From an uncultured Thermococci archaeon (lineage in GTDB: Archaea; CAYQAE01; CAYVLA01), in the NCBI GenBank assembly GCA_964549615.1, contig CAZJVP010000066.1, forward strand, positions 1 through 41,465: a DNA stretch of 41,465 bases. Direction: 5' to 3'. Made by a program: the position numbers and the translations under genes. The notes below the pieces were generated by a model that searched no databases, had not been told where the DNA came from, and saw only the letters and a program-made list of their open reading frames with translations. Positions within the stretch are counted from its first letter, which is position 1; every line of letters begins with the position of its first letter. Positions 17,011-27,467 of this stretch are shown here, one piece after another.

Positions 17011-18060
17011 TTGTCCGGGAAGAAGCTAGGGTTCGGCATCGTCGGGTGCGGCGTCATCGCGCCCTGGCATAGGGAGGCTGTGAAGAGATCGGACAAAGCC
17101 GAGCTGGTCGCGTGCTGCGACATCGACGAACCGAAGGGAAGGAAGTTTGCCGAGGAGAGCGGATCGATCGCATTCTACAACGATTATCACGACCTCATGC
17201 GAGATCCGAGGGTGGACGTCGTCTCCGTTTGCACCCCGTCCGGGCTTCACGGCGAGGTCACGATAGCGGCCGCCGAGGCTGGCAAGCACGTCCTCTGCGA
17301 GAAACCCATAGAGATAACCAGGAAGAAGATCGACGCAATGATTGCGGCGTGCCGCAGGAACGGGGTGAAGTTGGGCTGCATCTTCCAAAGGAGAACCCAT
17401 CGTGCCTCCAAGCTAGCGAGGGAGGCTGTCCACAACGGGCTGCTTGGCAAGATGGTCCTCGGCGACATCTACCTCAAGTACTATAGGTCGCAGGCGTACT
17501 ACAGAAGCGCAGGGTGGAGGGGTACCTGGGCTCTGGATGGCGGTGGAGCTCTAATGAACCAAGGCGTGCATGGCATAGACCTTGCGCTGTGGATCATGGG
17601 GGATGTGGCATCGGTCTACGGAAGGGCCGCCCACCTCGTTAGGGACATCGAGGTTGAGGATACCGGGATTGCGCTGCTCGAGTACAAGAACGGCGCGTGG
17701 GGTGTGCTGGAGGGCACTACCTCAGTGAACCCGGGTGAACCCACTAGGTTGGCCCTCCACGGGAGCAAGGGCACGATCGTGCTTGAGGACGAGAGGATCA
17801 CAACCTGGGCGGTCGCTGAGAAGGACGACGAGATAGCGAAACCCGTGGAGATGCACGTCGAGGCGGAGAGGGACGGAGCGGCCTCAGATCCGACCGCGAT
17901 AGGCGTCGCGGGCCACGTCTATCTCGTCAACGACCTCGTCCAGGCAATAGAGGAGGACCGGGAGCCCTTCATCACCGGCGAGAGCGCCCGGAAGTCCGTG
18001 GACTTGGTGCTGGCAGTCTATGAGTCTTCCAGGAAGGGCAAGAGGATCACCCTTGGCTGA
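17011..18060 (+). CDS. Gfo/Idh/MocA family oxidoreductase
   Basis: Motifs FGIVGCG, CTPSGLH, LCEKP, WRGTWALDGGGALMNQGVH, EVED. Confidence 0.93.
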   Translation: MSGKKLGFGIVGCGVIAPWHREAVKRSDKAELVACCDIDEPKGRKFAEESGSIAFYNDYHDLMRDPRVDVVSVCTPSGLHGEVTIAAAEAGKHVLCEKPIEITRKKIDAMIAACRRNGVKLGCIFQRRTHRASKLAREAVHNGLLGKMVLGDIYLKYYRSQAYYRSAGWRGTWALDGGGALMNQGVHGIDLALWIMGDVASVYGRAAHLVRDIEVEDTGIALLEYKNGAWGVLEGTTSVNPGEPTRLALHGSKGTIVLEDERITTWAVAEKDDEIAKPVEMHVEAERDGAASDPTAIGVAGHVYLVNDLVQAIEEDREPFITGESARKSVDLVLAVYESSRKGKRITLG

Positions 18061-18112
18061 AGGGACGCGTGACACATTTCAGCAGTAATCGACCCATGCG
18101 GCCGGTCGTAGC

Positions 18113-19630
18113 TTGGGGAGCAACCTTCTGTTTCTGCGGGCGACGGCCTTCTGCACCGGCATGAGCATAATGGGGCTCGAGATGTTGGCCTCGAGGTTCC
18201 TAGCGCCCTTCTTCGGTACCTCGACGTACATCTGGGCGACCATCATAGGCATGGCGATGATTGCCCTTTCGCTCGGGTATCTGCTCGGTGGGCGATGGGC
18301 GGATCGAAACCCGAAGCCCTCAGGGCTCTACAGGACGATCTTCGTGGCCGCGTGCTTGACGTTCGTCATCCCCCTCGGAAGGATCGTCCCAAGGATCGGA
18401 CATCAGGGCGCCCTGCAGCTTTCCTGGACGACATTCATCGCCGGCCTCTTCGGCTCGCTCGCGCTCTTCTTCCTGCCGATGATGCTACTTGCAACGGCCT
18501 CGCCGTACCTAATCCGACTGGGTGCTAGGACCGTTGGGACGGTGGGCTCGACCTCGGGGGACATATACGCGATCTCCACCGTCGGCAGCATAGTCGGGGT
18601 CTTCCTAACGACCTTCGTTGGGATGCCCTACCTGGGCGTTGTTGAGACCCTCCTGGCATACGGGTTTCTCCTGCTTGGCGTAAGCGTTCTGGGTTTGAGA
18701 AGCCCTCGCTTGCTAGCGGCGGGGGTGCTGCTGTTCCTGCTTTCGGCCTTTGGACCCGTTCATTTCAGGGAGAAAGCCGTAGTTTTCGAGGGAGAGTCAG
18801 CTTACAACTACGTCAAGGTCATCAGATCGGATGACGGAGCCCTACTTTTGAAGCTCAACGAGGGGATAGGATCACAGTCGGTCTACTACGAAAGCGACAT
18901 CTACACGGGCGGCATATGGGACTACTTCTTGGCCCCACTGCTATATAGGCCGGAGGCGCGGAAGGTCTTGATCATAGGCTTCGCGGGCGGCACCGTTGCG
19001 CGGCAGTATCTAGCCCTGTCGAATGCAACGATCATCGGGGTCGAAATAGATCCTCTGGTTGTGCGGGTATCGAAGCGGTACTTCGGCGTCAGGGAATCCG
19101 GCCGCCTTCAGGTGCTCGTGGCCGACGGCAGGACCTACCTCTCCCTGTGCAGGGACAAGTTCGACATCGTCTTGATGGATGCCTTCAACCCTCCCACCAT
19201 CCCCTTTCACCTAGCGACGAGGGAGTTCTTCGAACTCGTCAGGGACAGGCTGAATCCAGGAGGGCTGTTCGCCATCAACGTCCCCCGGTACGGCGACGCG
19301 GCCCACGTCGTTGACCCCGTGTGCGCTACGCTTGAGTCCGTATTCGGGAGAGCGTTCCTCATCGACAGGAGGCCCGACATTCCGCAGCTTGCGGTCGCGG
19401 CGTCGGGGGATCTGGATCTTGAGGATTTCACGTCTAAGGTGAGATCCAACGCCCTGGGCGCCCCTGGATGGCTGGTCAACGGCATCGCCGACAGGACAGT
19501 CGAGTTCGACGGCCGCCGGGACCTCATCCTGACGGATGACAGGTCGCCGATAGAGATGCTGGTCCATCGGATAGTATTCGATTACGTGCGTAGCCCCGCG
19601 AGCGAAGTCCAAGAAGCGATTCGTGGTTGA
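18113..19630 (+). CDS. Fused membrane domain / spermidine-synthase-like SAM-fold protein
   Basis: About 7 TM helices (LEMLASRFLAPFFGTS, GGRWADR, YAISTVGSIVG), then IIGFAGGT, VEIDP, DGR, MDAF, HLATREFF, LTDDRSP. Confidence 0.88.
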   Translation: MGSNLLFLRATAFCTGMSIMGLEMLASRFLAPFFGTSTYIWATIIGMAMIALSLGYLLGGRWADRNPKPSGLYRTIFVAACLTFVIPLGRIVPRIGHQGALQLSWTTFIAGLFGSLALFFLPMMLLATASPYLIRLGARTVGTVGSTSGDIYAISTVGSIVGVFLTTFVGMPYLGVVETLLAYGFLLLGVSVLGLRSPRLLAAGVLLFLLSAFGPVHFREKAVVFEGESAYNYVKVIRSDDGALLLKLNEGIGSQSVYYESDIYTGGIWDYFLAPLLYRPEARKVLIIGFAGGTVARQYLALSNATIIGVEIDPLVVRVSKRYFGVRESGRLQVLVADGRTYLSLCRDKFDIVLMDAFNPPTIPFHLATREFFELVRDRLNPGGLFAINVPRYGDAAHVVDPVCATLESVFGRAFLIDRRPDIPQLAVAASGDLDLEDFTSKVRSNALGAPGWLVNGIADRTVEFDGRRDLILTDDRSPIEMLVHRIVFDYVRSPASEVQEAIRG

Positions 19631-19718
19631 CGTGATGCCGGGGGTTCCCGGCGGAGCTAGGGAAGGCCGCATGATTGACGGATGCGCTAGGAAGAGAAGT
19701 ACCTCGGTTGGAGCGTGA

Positions 19719-20096
19719 TCACAGGTCGGCGGGATCCACTCCAAGGCTGGCAATGCTGCAGGCAAGGATCGGGTTGAGGCCCAGCCTCTTGGCCTCGGCG
19801 ACTAGCTCCTCGGACTCGGCCCCGGGGTTGACGAAGAGCACCTTGGCTCCCTTGCTTGCAATGTCCTTCAGCAGCTGGATGCCGATCTTCGGGTTCACGT
19901 AGAGCGAGGCCGCATCGACTCTGGTTGGCACATCCAAGATGGAAGGGTAGGCCTTGAGCCCCTCGATCTCCGAGTCGCGAAGGCTGACCGGGTAGACCGC
20001 ATACCCCATTGCCTTGTAGGCCCTGACCGCCTTGTTGCTGTATCTGTCCCTGTCGGTCACTGCCCCAATGATGGCTATCGACTTGAACTGCTGCAT
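19719..20096 (-). CDS. CoA-binding protein (YccU-like)
   Basis: Start moved to ATG 20096. Motifs SIAIIGA, YPV, AYPSILDVP, NPGAES, ACSI. Confidence 0.88.
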   Translation of the reverse strand: MQQFKSIAIIGAVTDRDRYSNKAVRAYKAMGYAVYPVSLRDSEIEGLKAYPSILDVPTRVDAASLYVNPKIGIQLLKDIASKGAKVLFVNPGAESEELVAEAKRLGLNPILACSIASLGVDPADL

Positions 20097-20203
20097 CGGA
20101 CTCTCTTGGCGGCGATCGATCGTACCTTTGCCCTTTTGCACGGACCTCATGCCGCGGGCAAAGCAATAAATGTACCTTATCCGACGCATCTAAGGCAATC
20201 ACA

Positions 20204-21058
20204 ATGGTAATGGTCACAACCGCATCGGGGGAGAGGCAGAGGTTTAACCCTCGGAAGATCTACCGCACATCGGTGCGAGCGGGCGCCAGCCCGGAGCTTG
20301 CCAACGTCATCGTCAAGGACGTGGAGGGCCAGCTGTACGATGGAATTCCGACCAGGAAGATCCTCCAGATGGTCCTGGATGCGATGGAGCGACATCAGGC
20401 CGCCGATGTCGCGAGCAGGTACGATCTGAAAAGCGCAATGATGAGAATGGGGCCGTCCGGCTTTGCGTTCGAGACCTTCATGGCGGCGGTTTTCGAAAGG
20501 TACGGTCACCACACCCTATTGAGACAGCAGGTCCGCGGGCGATGCGTCTTGCACGAGATAGATATCGTGCTCGAGAAGGACGACGTCAGGACCATGGTGG
20601 AGGTCAAGTATCACAACGTCCCGGGCATCTACACCGGTCTGAAAGAGGCCATGTACACCTACGCTCGTTTCCTGGACCTAAACGAAGGATACGAGGCGGG
20701 TACCTGCCAAAGATTCGACAAGGCCATGCTCGTGACCAACACTCGTAGCTCGTCTGAGGCGCGCAAGTACGCCAAGTGCAAGGGCATAGGGATTTTGGGT
20801 TGGAAGTATCCCCCAAGGTCGGGCCTGGAGAGAATGATCGAGAGGAAGTGCCTTTACCCCGTGACGGTGCTCCACATGGACTCGGAATCGCTGGCCGCCT
20901 TCAGCCGGGCAGGGATAGTACTGGCCGAGGATCTGGCGACCAAGGACCCGTGCCACATATCCGAGATGACCGGGCTTCCCCGGGACAAGGTCGAGGAGCT
21001 ATCTGTCCGTGCAAGGATGCTTCTGGATGCGACGGTCAGACCAGAGTGCAGAACCTAA
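20204..21058 (+). CDS. ATP-cone domain + Mrr-like PD-(D/E)xK restriction endonuclease domain protein
   Basis: N-terminal VTTASGERQRFNPRKI (ATP cone). GFAFE...EIDIV...MVEVK...LVTN (Mrr_cat). C-terminal helical/HhH-like tail. Confidence 0.82.
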   Translation: MVMVTTASGERQRFNPRKIYRTSVRAGASPELANVIVKDVEGQLYDGIPTRKILQMVLDAMERHQAADVASRYDLKSAMMRMGPSGFAFETFMAAVFERYGHHTLLRQQVRGRCVLHEIDIVLEKDDVRTMVEVKYHNVPGIYTGLKEAMYTYARFLDLNEGYEAGTCQRFDKAMLVTNTRSSSEARKYAKCKGIGILGWKYPPRSGLERMIERKCLYPVTVLHMDSESLAAFSRAGIVLAEDLATKDPCHISEMTGLPRDKVEELSVRARMLLDATVRPECRT

Positions 21059-22076
21059 GAGCCAGCTCGGCGCATGATCTCAGGTCCGCCAGCGAAAGCA
21101 TGGACAGGCCATTGTGGATGTATCTGCACGGAACCGACAGGACCCCCGAGGCAACGCCGGCCCGCGAGATTGCAACCTTGCCTGCGTCCGTGGAGCCGTA
21201 GAGCGGCTTCTTTATCTGAAAATCGAGCCGGGCAGCCTTGGCTGCCTCCTTCAGCCTTGCGAGTACGAGCGGATGGGCGATCAGGGATTGATCGGCGACG
21301 GTCACAGCCGGCCCCTTGCCCACGTACGTCGGGCACCTCTCGGCTGGGATCCCGGGGATGTCGCCGGCTGCAGTGCCCTCTATAGCTAGGGCCATGTCGG
21401 CTTCGACCCCGTACGCAGCCGTCGTCGCGCCCCGCGCGCCCACCTCCTCGCAGACCGAGAACACGAACGTCATGGAGGCTTGGTGATCTGTGCCGCGCAG
21501 CCGCCTTAAGACCTCGATGAGGACCGTGCACCCGACCCTGTCGTCGAGGGCTTTGCCAAGGATCCGGTCCGACCCCAAAAGACGCGACGGGTGAAAGATG
21601 GTGAAGGGCGAACCGATGTCTATCCCCAGCGATCTTACCTCCTCCGCACTGGCGCATCCGATATCGACGAACATGTCGTCGGAGCGCACCACCTTATCCT
21701 TCTCATCCGGCTTTTGAAGATGTGGAGGTTTGGTTCCGATCAGGCCATCGCGGACGCCCTTCTCGCTCTCGAACCGGACCGGCTGTCCGAGCAGCGTGCG
21801 ATCGTCCCACCCGCCGAGCTTCTCGAAACGGATGAAGCCCCTGTCGTCGATGTGGCTCACGATGAAGCCAAGCTCATCCATGTGCGCCACGAGCAGCACC
21901 TTGGGGCCGGTCGGTGTGCCCTTCTTTGTCGCGATCAGATTGCCGAGCGCGTCTACGCTGAGCTGATCGGCAAGCCCGTCGATCTTCTGGGCGATCAGGC
22001 CCCTGACCTTCGACTCGAAGCCGGATACGCCGATACAGTCCGATAACTCCCTAAGATCCTCGACCATCCTCTCCAT
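21036..22076 (-). CDS. M42 family metallo-aminopeptidase (TET/FrvX-like)
   Basis: Motifs GVSGFE, AHMDELG, KALDDRVG, EEVGARGA, STDAG, VPCRYIH. Confidence 0.93.
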   Translation of the reverse strand: MERMVEDLRELSDCIGVSGFESKVRGLIAQKIDGLADQLSVDALGNLIATKKGTPTGPKVLLVAHMDELGFIVSHIDDRGFIRFEKLGGWDDRTLLGQPVRFESEKGVRDGLIGTKPPHLQKPDEKDKVVRSDDMFVDIGCASAEEVRSLGIDIGSPFTIFHPSRLLGSDRILGKALDDRVGCTVLIEVLRRLRGTDHQASMTFVFSVCEEVGARGATTAAYGVEADMALAIEGTAAGDIPGIPAERCPTYVGKGPAVTVADQSLIAHPLVLARLKEAAKAARLDFQIKKPLYGSTDAGKVAISRAGVASGVLSVPCRYIHNGLSMLSLADLRSCAELALRFCTLV

Positions 22077-22171
22077 GGTTTTCCCCCGAGGGCGGGGAGG
22101 CGAGGCAGTTAAATCTGTCTCGGGGGCTCCCCGCGAACCCGAATCCTATTTCAGTTGGCCTGGCCATCGGC

Positions 22172-23017
22172 TTGAGCGTGAGAATCGGCATTCACGTTTC
22201 GATATCCGGCTCGTTGGCGAAGGCCATCGAGAGGGCCAGGATCCGCGAGTGTCAGACCATCCAGATATTTGCTAGGACGCCGCGTGCTTGGAAGGCGAAG
22301 CCGTGGGACGTTTCGGATGTGGAGTCGTTCAAGCAGGAAAGGAGAAAATCTGGCATCAGGCCCGTCGTGATACACACATGCTACCTCCTCAATTTAGCTA
22401 GCCCTGACGCTGATCTGCGTTCCAAGTCCATTGAGGCTCTCGTCGACGACCTGCAGAGGGCTGACATGGGTGGAATCGAGTACGTGGTGACGCATCCGGG
22501 CAGCAGCTCAGGTCCGGGGGGCGTCGATAGGGTCAGAAGCGCCTGCTTGCAGGCCATGGACGCCATCAAGTCCAAGGCGCAGATTCTCGTCGAGAACGTC
22601 TCCGGCGGGGGCGGGAAGGTCGGAGGGTCCTTCGAGGAGCTTGCCCAAATGGTCGACGGGACCCGGTTCGGCGTCTGCCTTGATACCTGCCATGCGTTTG
22701 CGGCTGGCTACCCGATCCACCTCCAGCCCGGCCGCGTCTTGGATGAGTTCGACGACAAAGTGGGGATGTCCAAGCTCAAGGTCCTTCACCTGAATGACTC
22801 CGTTGGGGAGTTCGGATCGCACGTGGATCACCACCAGCACATCGGGAAGGGATTCATAGGCCTCGACGGATTCGAAAGGATACTTGCTGAGCCGCGGATC
22901 AGGGCGGTTCCGGGGATCCTTGAAACCCCCCAGAGGGCGACGGATGACCCGTCCGACGACCTCGCGAACGTAAGGACCGTGAGGAGAATCCTCCAGGATC
23001 TTGAGAAGGGCGGGTAG
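22172..23017 (+). CDS. nfo: Endonuclease IV (deoxyribonuclease IV)
   Basis: Motifs IGIHVS, QIF, H-x-x-YLLNLAS, HPGS, EN, CLDTCH, HLNDS, DHHQHIGKG, ILETP. Confidence 0.95.
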   Translation: MSVRIGIHVSISGSLAKAIERARIRECQTIQIFARTPRAWKAKPWDVSDVESFKQERRKSGIRPVVIHTCYLLNLASPDADLRSKSIEALVDDLQRADMGGIEYVVTHPGSSSGPGGVDRVRSACLQAMDAIKSKAQILVENVSGGGGKVGGSFEELAQMVDGTRFGVCLDTCHAFAAGYPIHLQPGRVLDEFDDKVGMSKLKVLHLNDSVGEFGSHVDHHQHIGKGFIGLDGFERILAEPRIRAVPGILETPQRATDDPSDDLANVRTVRRILQDLEKGG

Positions 23018-23118
23018 CCCAGCCCTATCGTGAAGCTCTTGTCGGCTGACAGGTGTTCCAGGAGGCGCCGAGCGTCCATGAGGCCCGGCCCAGGGTGCCG
23101 CCAAACCTCGCGCTCGCG

Positions 23119-23625
23119 CTACTTGCCAGCCGACCTCAAGTACAGGTTAACGTTCTCCAGCTTCCTGACCAAGCGGCGGTAGTCCTCCAGGGCCCTGCGC
23201 ACTCGCCGCGCATATTCCCTTGAGTTGAGCTCAAGCCCGCATTCAGGGCAGAAACACCTCCTGCCGCGGCCCTCTATCCTCAGCCGGGAGGAACAAACGT
23301 CGCACAGACCGTATATCGAGAGCGGGAAACTCAGGACGAAAGGCCACGTGGAGGGATCCTTCGTCGCCTCGGGGAAACAGGAGTTGAACCACACCCTCGG
23401 CAGGCGGGCGATCTGGATTGCGAGGCTGTAGAGGAGGTCGTAGTCAAGTGCCCTCCAAGGGCTGGGTGCGAAGGATGCCAGGAGAACGAGCAGCCCTGCA
23501 ACCAGCACGGCGGTTGGGATCAGGGTCGGCATCCCGATTTGGGGGACGGTGAAGAGGACCAATATCCCGGCTAGGAGGACGAGCGAAACAGCCAACACCA
23601 CCCGGTTTACCCTTCTGTTGACCAA
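23119..23625 (-). CDS. Two-TM membrane protein with C-terminal zinc ribbon
   Basis: Two N-terminal hydrophobic helices; CDVC...CPECG; AT-rich box at about 23672-23684; GGGTGA SD-like motif upstream of TTG. Confidence 0.7.
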   Translation of the reverse strand: MVNRRVNRVVLAVSLVLLAGILVLFTVPQIGMPTLIPTAVLVAGLLVLLASFAPSPWRALDYDLLYSLAIQIARLPRVWFNSCFPEATKDPSTWPFVLSFPLSIYGLCDVCSSRLRIEGRGRRCFCPECGLELNSREYARRVRRALEDYRRLVRKLENVNLYLRSAGK

Positions 23626-23739
23626 GGACTCACCCTGAACTGTCTTCCATGTGGAACTGGATGTGGGTTCTCTTAATTATTATCGAGACCCGGCCGACGT
23701 GACATGCGGACCACCGGACCGCCGTCGGGCCGGTTGGCT

Positions 23740-24960
<1,221 letters not shown>

Positions 24961-26187
24961 CTAGCTGTGAACCAACCTCGTGACCTTGACCTGTCGATAG
25001 AGCTTTCGCCTGACCATCAGCATCCAAAGGATGGAGCCAGCAAGCATGGAGGTTCCGCTCACGCTGAGCCACTGGATGAGATATACCCAGATCATGGCCT
25101 GGTCTTTCTTCCTCATCGCCATCGCGTTCAGGTCCGCGAGGTCGTCGATTGCGTCGAGGTATGTTGCCCTGGCGAGGAGGTAGTCCTGTAGAAGGTACTG
25201 TTCCTGCGCAAGTTTCGTCTTATCGGTTATCTCGCCCATGCGCTTTAGGATTGACTGCATGTTCGCACCGAATGCCTCGGCAAAGTCAACCACCGCAAGC
25301 ACCATCATCTGGCGTGTCCTGAACTCGATGATCCTTGACCTTATCTCGTGGACGATCTCGACATCGTCGGGCAGGTTTCTGCCCGTGCTGTAGAGGATCA
25401 TGTTCATGACCATGTCCAACCCGTAGGGATTGGCAACGGGGTCCTCCCACCAGTTGACCAGCCTGTCGTGGATCGTCCATGTCTTGCCCAGCCCATAAGT
25501 CCATGAGATCGTATGCGGAGTGCATCCGGGCTTGACGGTTGCCCTGTCGGCGAACGGCCCCTTTATCCATGCCCAGACGATCGCGCCCTGGCGGGGTATG
25601 ATGTGGCCGCAGCTGTACCCGGTCAGATGCCACTGTATCTTCTTGCCCCTGAACATCGTCAGCACTGGCGGCAGGTCCGGGTTGTCCTCGAGTATTATCT
25701 CAAGCTCCCTGTTGCTGCGGAAGATGTCCGCCGCATGGGCCATGAGGGCCTCGACGTCGTTGGGGAAGGCTTTCTGTGTGACGGAGGCTGCCCATTCAGG
25801 GTAGTATATGCCGCTGAGAAGGGACCTTGAGTTCAATCCCCCGGACCCGTCGAGGATGGCGTCATGCATCCATTTCTGGTTGGTCGTCGTGAACATGTTG
25901 ATGATGGTTCCGTCGATAATGATGAAATCCTGGGCCTGGACGCCCTCATAGGTTCTCGGAAAGTAGACCCTGACGAACCTCCTGATCTGGTCGTCTCCGC
26001 CCGGGACATCACGGCTGGGAACGAAAAGCGGATCGACCAAGGGCTCGTTCAGAAACCACGTGTGTATTAGGTGCCCCTCGCCCACGCGCCCCGTCAACAG
26101 CACCTTGATCTTACCGCCCTTCTCGTGGAGTCCCATGCACGGCGTCAAGGCTATCAAGGCTAAGAGGGCTGCCAGCGCTCGGACCAC
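24961..26187 (-). CDS. Membrane-anchored secreted protein, paralogue 2 (GATase-like head + helical stalk + C-terminal TM)
   Basis: Same architecture and conserved blocks as 7264-8490 (YFPRT, LPPV, PRxGAxVW, ILYSxGRxLP, WVYLI, LMVRRKLY). Confidence 0.8.
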   Translation of the reverse strand: MVRALAALLALIALTPCMGLHEKGGKIKVLLTGRVGEGHLIHTWFLNEPLVDPLFVPSRDVPGGDDQIRRFVRVYFPRTYEGVQAQDFIIIDGTIINMFTTTNQKWMHDAILDGSGGLNSRSLLSGIYYPEWAASVTQKAFPNDVEALMAHAADIFRSNRELEIILEDNPDLPPVLTMFRGKKIQWHLTGYSCGHIIPRQGAIVWAWIKGPFADRATVKPGCTPHTISWTYGLGKTWTIHDRLVNWWEDPVANPYGLDMVMNMILYSTGRNLPDDVEIVHEIRSRIIEFRTRQMMVLAVVDFAEAFGANMQSILKRMGEITDKTKLAQEQYLLQDYLLARATYLDAIDDLADLNAMAMRKKDQAMIWVYLIQWLSVSGTSMLAGSILWMLMVRRKLYRQVKVTRLVHS

Positions 26188-26209
26188 GATGATGGCCTTG
26201 GACGTGTTG

Positions 26210-26224
26210 CATAAAGCGTTTTTG
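26210..26224 (-). promoter_or_regulatory. BRE/TATA-like promoter (AAAAACGCTTTATG) for paralogue 2
   Basis: TTTATG 23-28 nt upstream of GTG 26187, preceded by an A-rich BRE-like run. Confidence 0.55.
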
Positions 26225-26361
26225 GCTCAGGGCTGGGTTTTTCGCATGTTCCGCCACGACGGAGTCGCGGCGCTGGCTGAAGGATATCGCAGAGCGATCC
26301 CTCACCTTGAAAGACTGGAAGCCGCTTGGCGACGGATCTGAGCAGATCGTCTCTCAGGCCC

Positions 26362-27387
26362 TCAGGATCCCTGGCGAAGCGAGCGAGCCCGTGAAACGTC
26401 TGTAGCGGAGATGTGCTTCGACACGCTCTCGATGAAGATTTGCCACCTCTCCCCAAATACCTGGGATGCGGCGGGATTCGCTTCGGTTATGATCCGGACC
26501 GCCTCCCTATCGATCTCAACGGGATCGTTGGAGACGATGAAGCCGAGGTCGGGCGCGATCAGCGGCTCCGGGTTCGGGCTGCAATCGCAGAACTTGGTGA
26601 CCCGGTTCAGTTCGGTGATGAAGAAGACCTTGCTGAAACAGGCCAGCACCGTACTGCAGGTTTCAGCGTACCTTCGAAAGCTCTCCTCGATCGCCCCGGG
26701 GGGCCTCCACAGGCCGCCGTTCCGGCAGGCCTTGAGGCAGCGCTCGCAGGCGGGGCAGTTCCTGACGTCCAGCTCGATTCTGTCCTTGAGCGCGATGAAG
26801 CCGAATGGGCAGGCCTCCACACAGGCGCCACATCTCTTGCATGATGTGTCGCGGTGCCTGGGCCACGCCGGGCCGTGGATGTATCTCTTGCCTTGCTTCG
26901 TCACGCAGCCCATGGCAACGTTCTTTATCGCGCCAGCGAAACCGGTCGTTATGTGCCCGGTGGCGTGCGAGAGGACGATTAGCGAGTCGGCCTCAAGGAG
27001 GCGGGCCGCGACGTGGACGCGATCGATCTTCCTTCCCCCCTCGGCATCCGCAATGACGACGGGACAGCCTATCTTGTCCTGCGTGTAGCCGTTGCAGGCC
27101 GCGGTTTCGAGGTAGTCCTTCACCGTGGCCCTTTTCCGCGGGTACAAGGTCGTCGTGTCCGTTACAAAGACCCGTGCGCCTTGGGACTTGAGCCTTGAGA
27201 CCAGCCTCGCGACATCGGCGGGCTTGATGTGCGTCTTGTTTCCTCTCTCGCCCATGTGAAGTTTGACTGCGACGACCTCTGATGTTTGGAAACGGGGCAG
27301 GGGAATGTTGTCGATTGAGGGATATGTGTCCATCGCGATCGCCCCATCACCGTTAAGCGGACTCTGGCCTCTCGTTGAGGATGACAC
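26362..27387 (-). CDS. DUF362 domain protein with 2x[4Fe-4S] ferredoxin module (start may be ATG 27333)
   Basis: Motifs VAVKLHMGERGN, TDTTTLY, HATGH, GAIKNVAMGC; CKRCGACVEACP and CPACERCLKAC; CDC; DPV-x-ID. Confidence 0.9.
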   Translation of the reverse strand: MSSSTRGQSPLNGDGAIAMDTYPSIDNIPLPRFQTSEVVAVKLHMGERGNKTHIKPADVARLVSRLKSQGARVFVTDTTTLYPRKRATVKDYLETAACNGYTQDKIGCPVVIADAEGGRKIDRVHVAARLLEADSLIVLSHATGHITTGFAGAIKNVAMGCVTKQGKRYIHGPAWPRHRDTSCKRCGACVEACPFGFIALKDRIELDVRNCPACERCLKACRNGGLWRPPGAIEESFRRYAETCSTVLACFSKVFFITELNRVTKFCDCSPNPEPLIAPDLGFIVSNDPVEIDREAVRIITEANPAASQVFGERWQIFIESVSKHISATDVSRARSLRQGS

Positions 27388-27467
27388 GAACCGCCAGCGC
27401 AGTTTCTATTAAGTCTTATCAAGCTAGGTTGCAGGCTTATCGGCTCGGTTTGGCGCTCAAAGGTATG

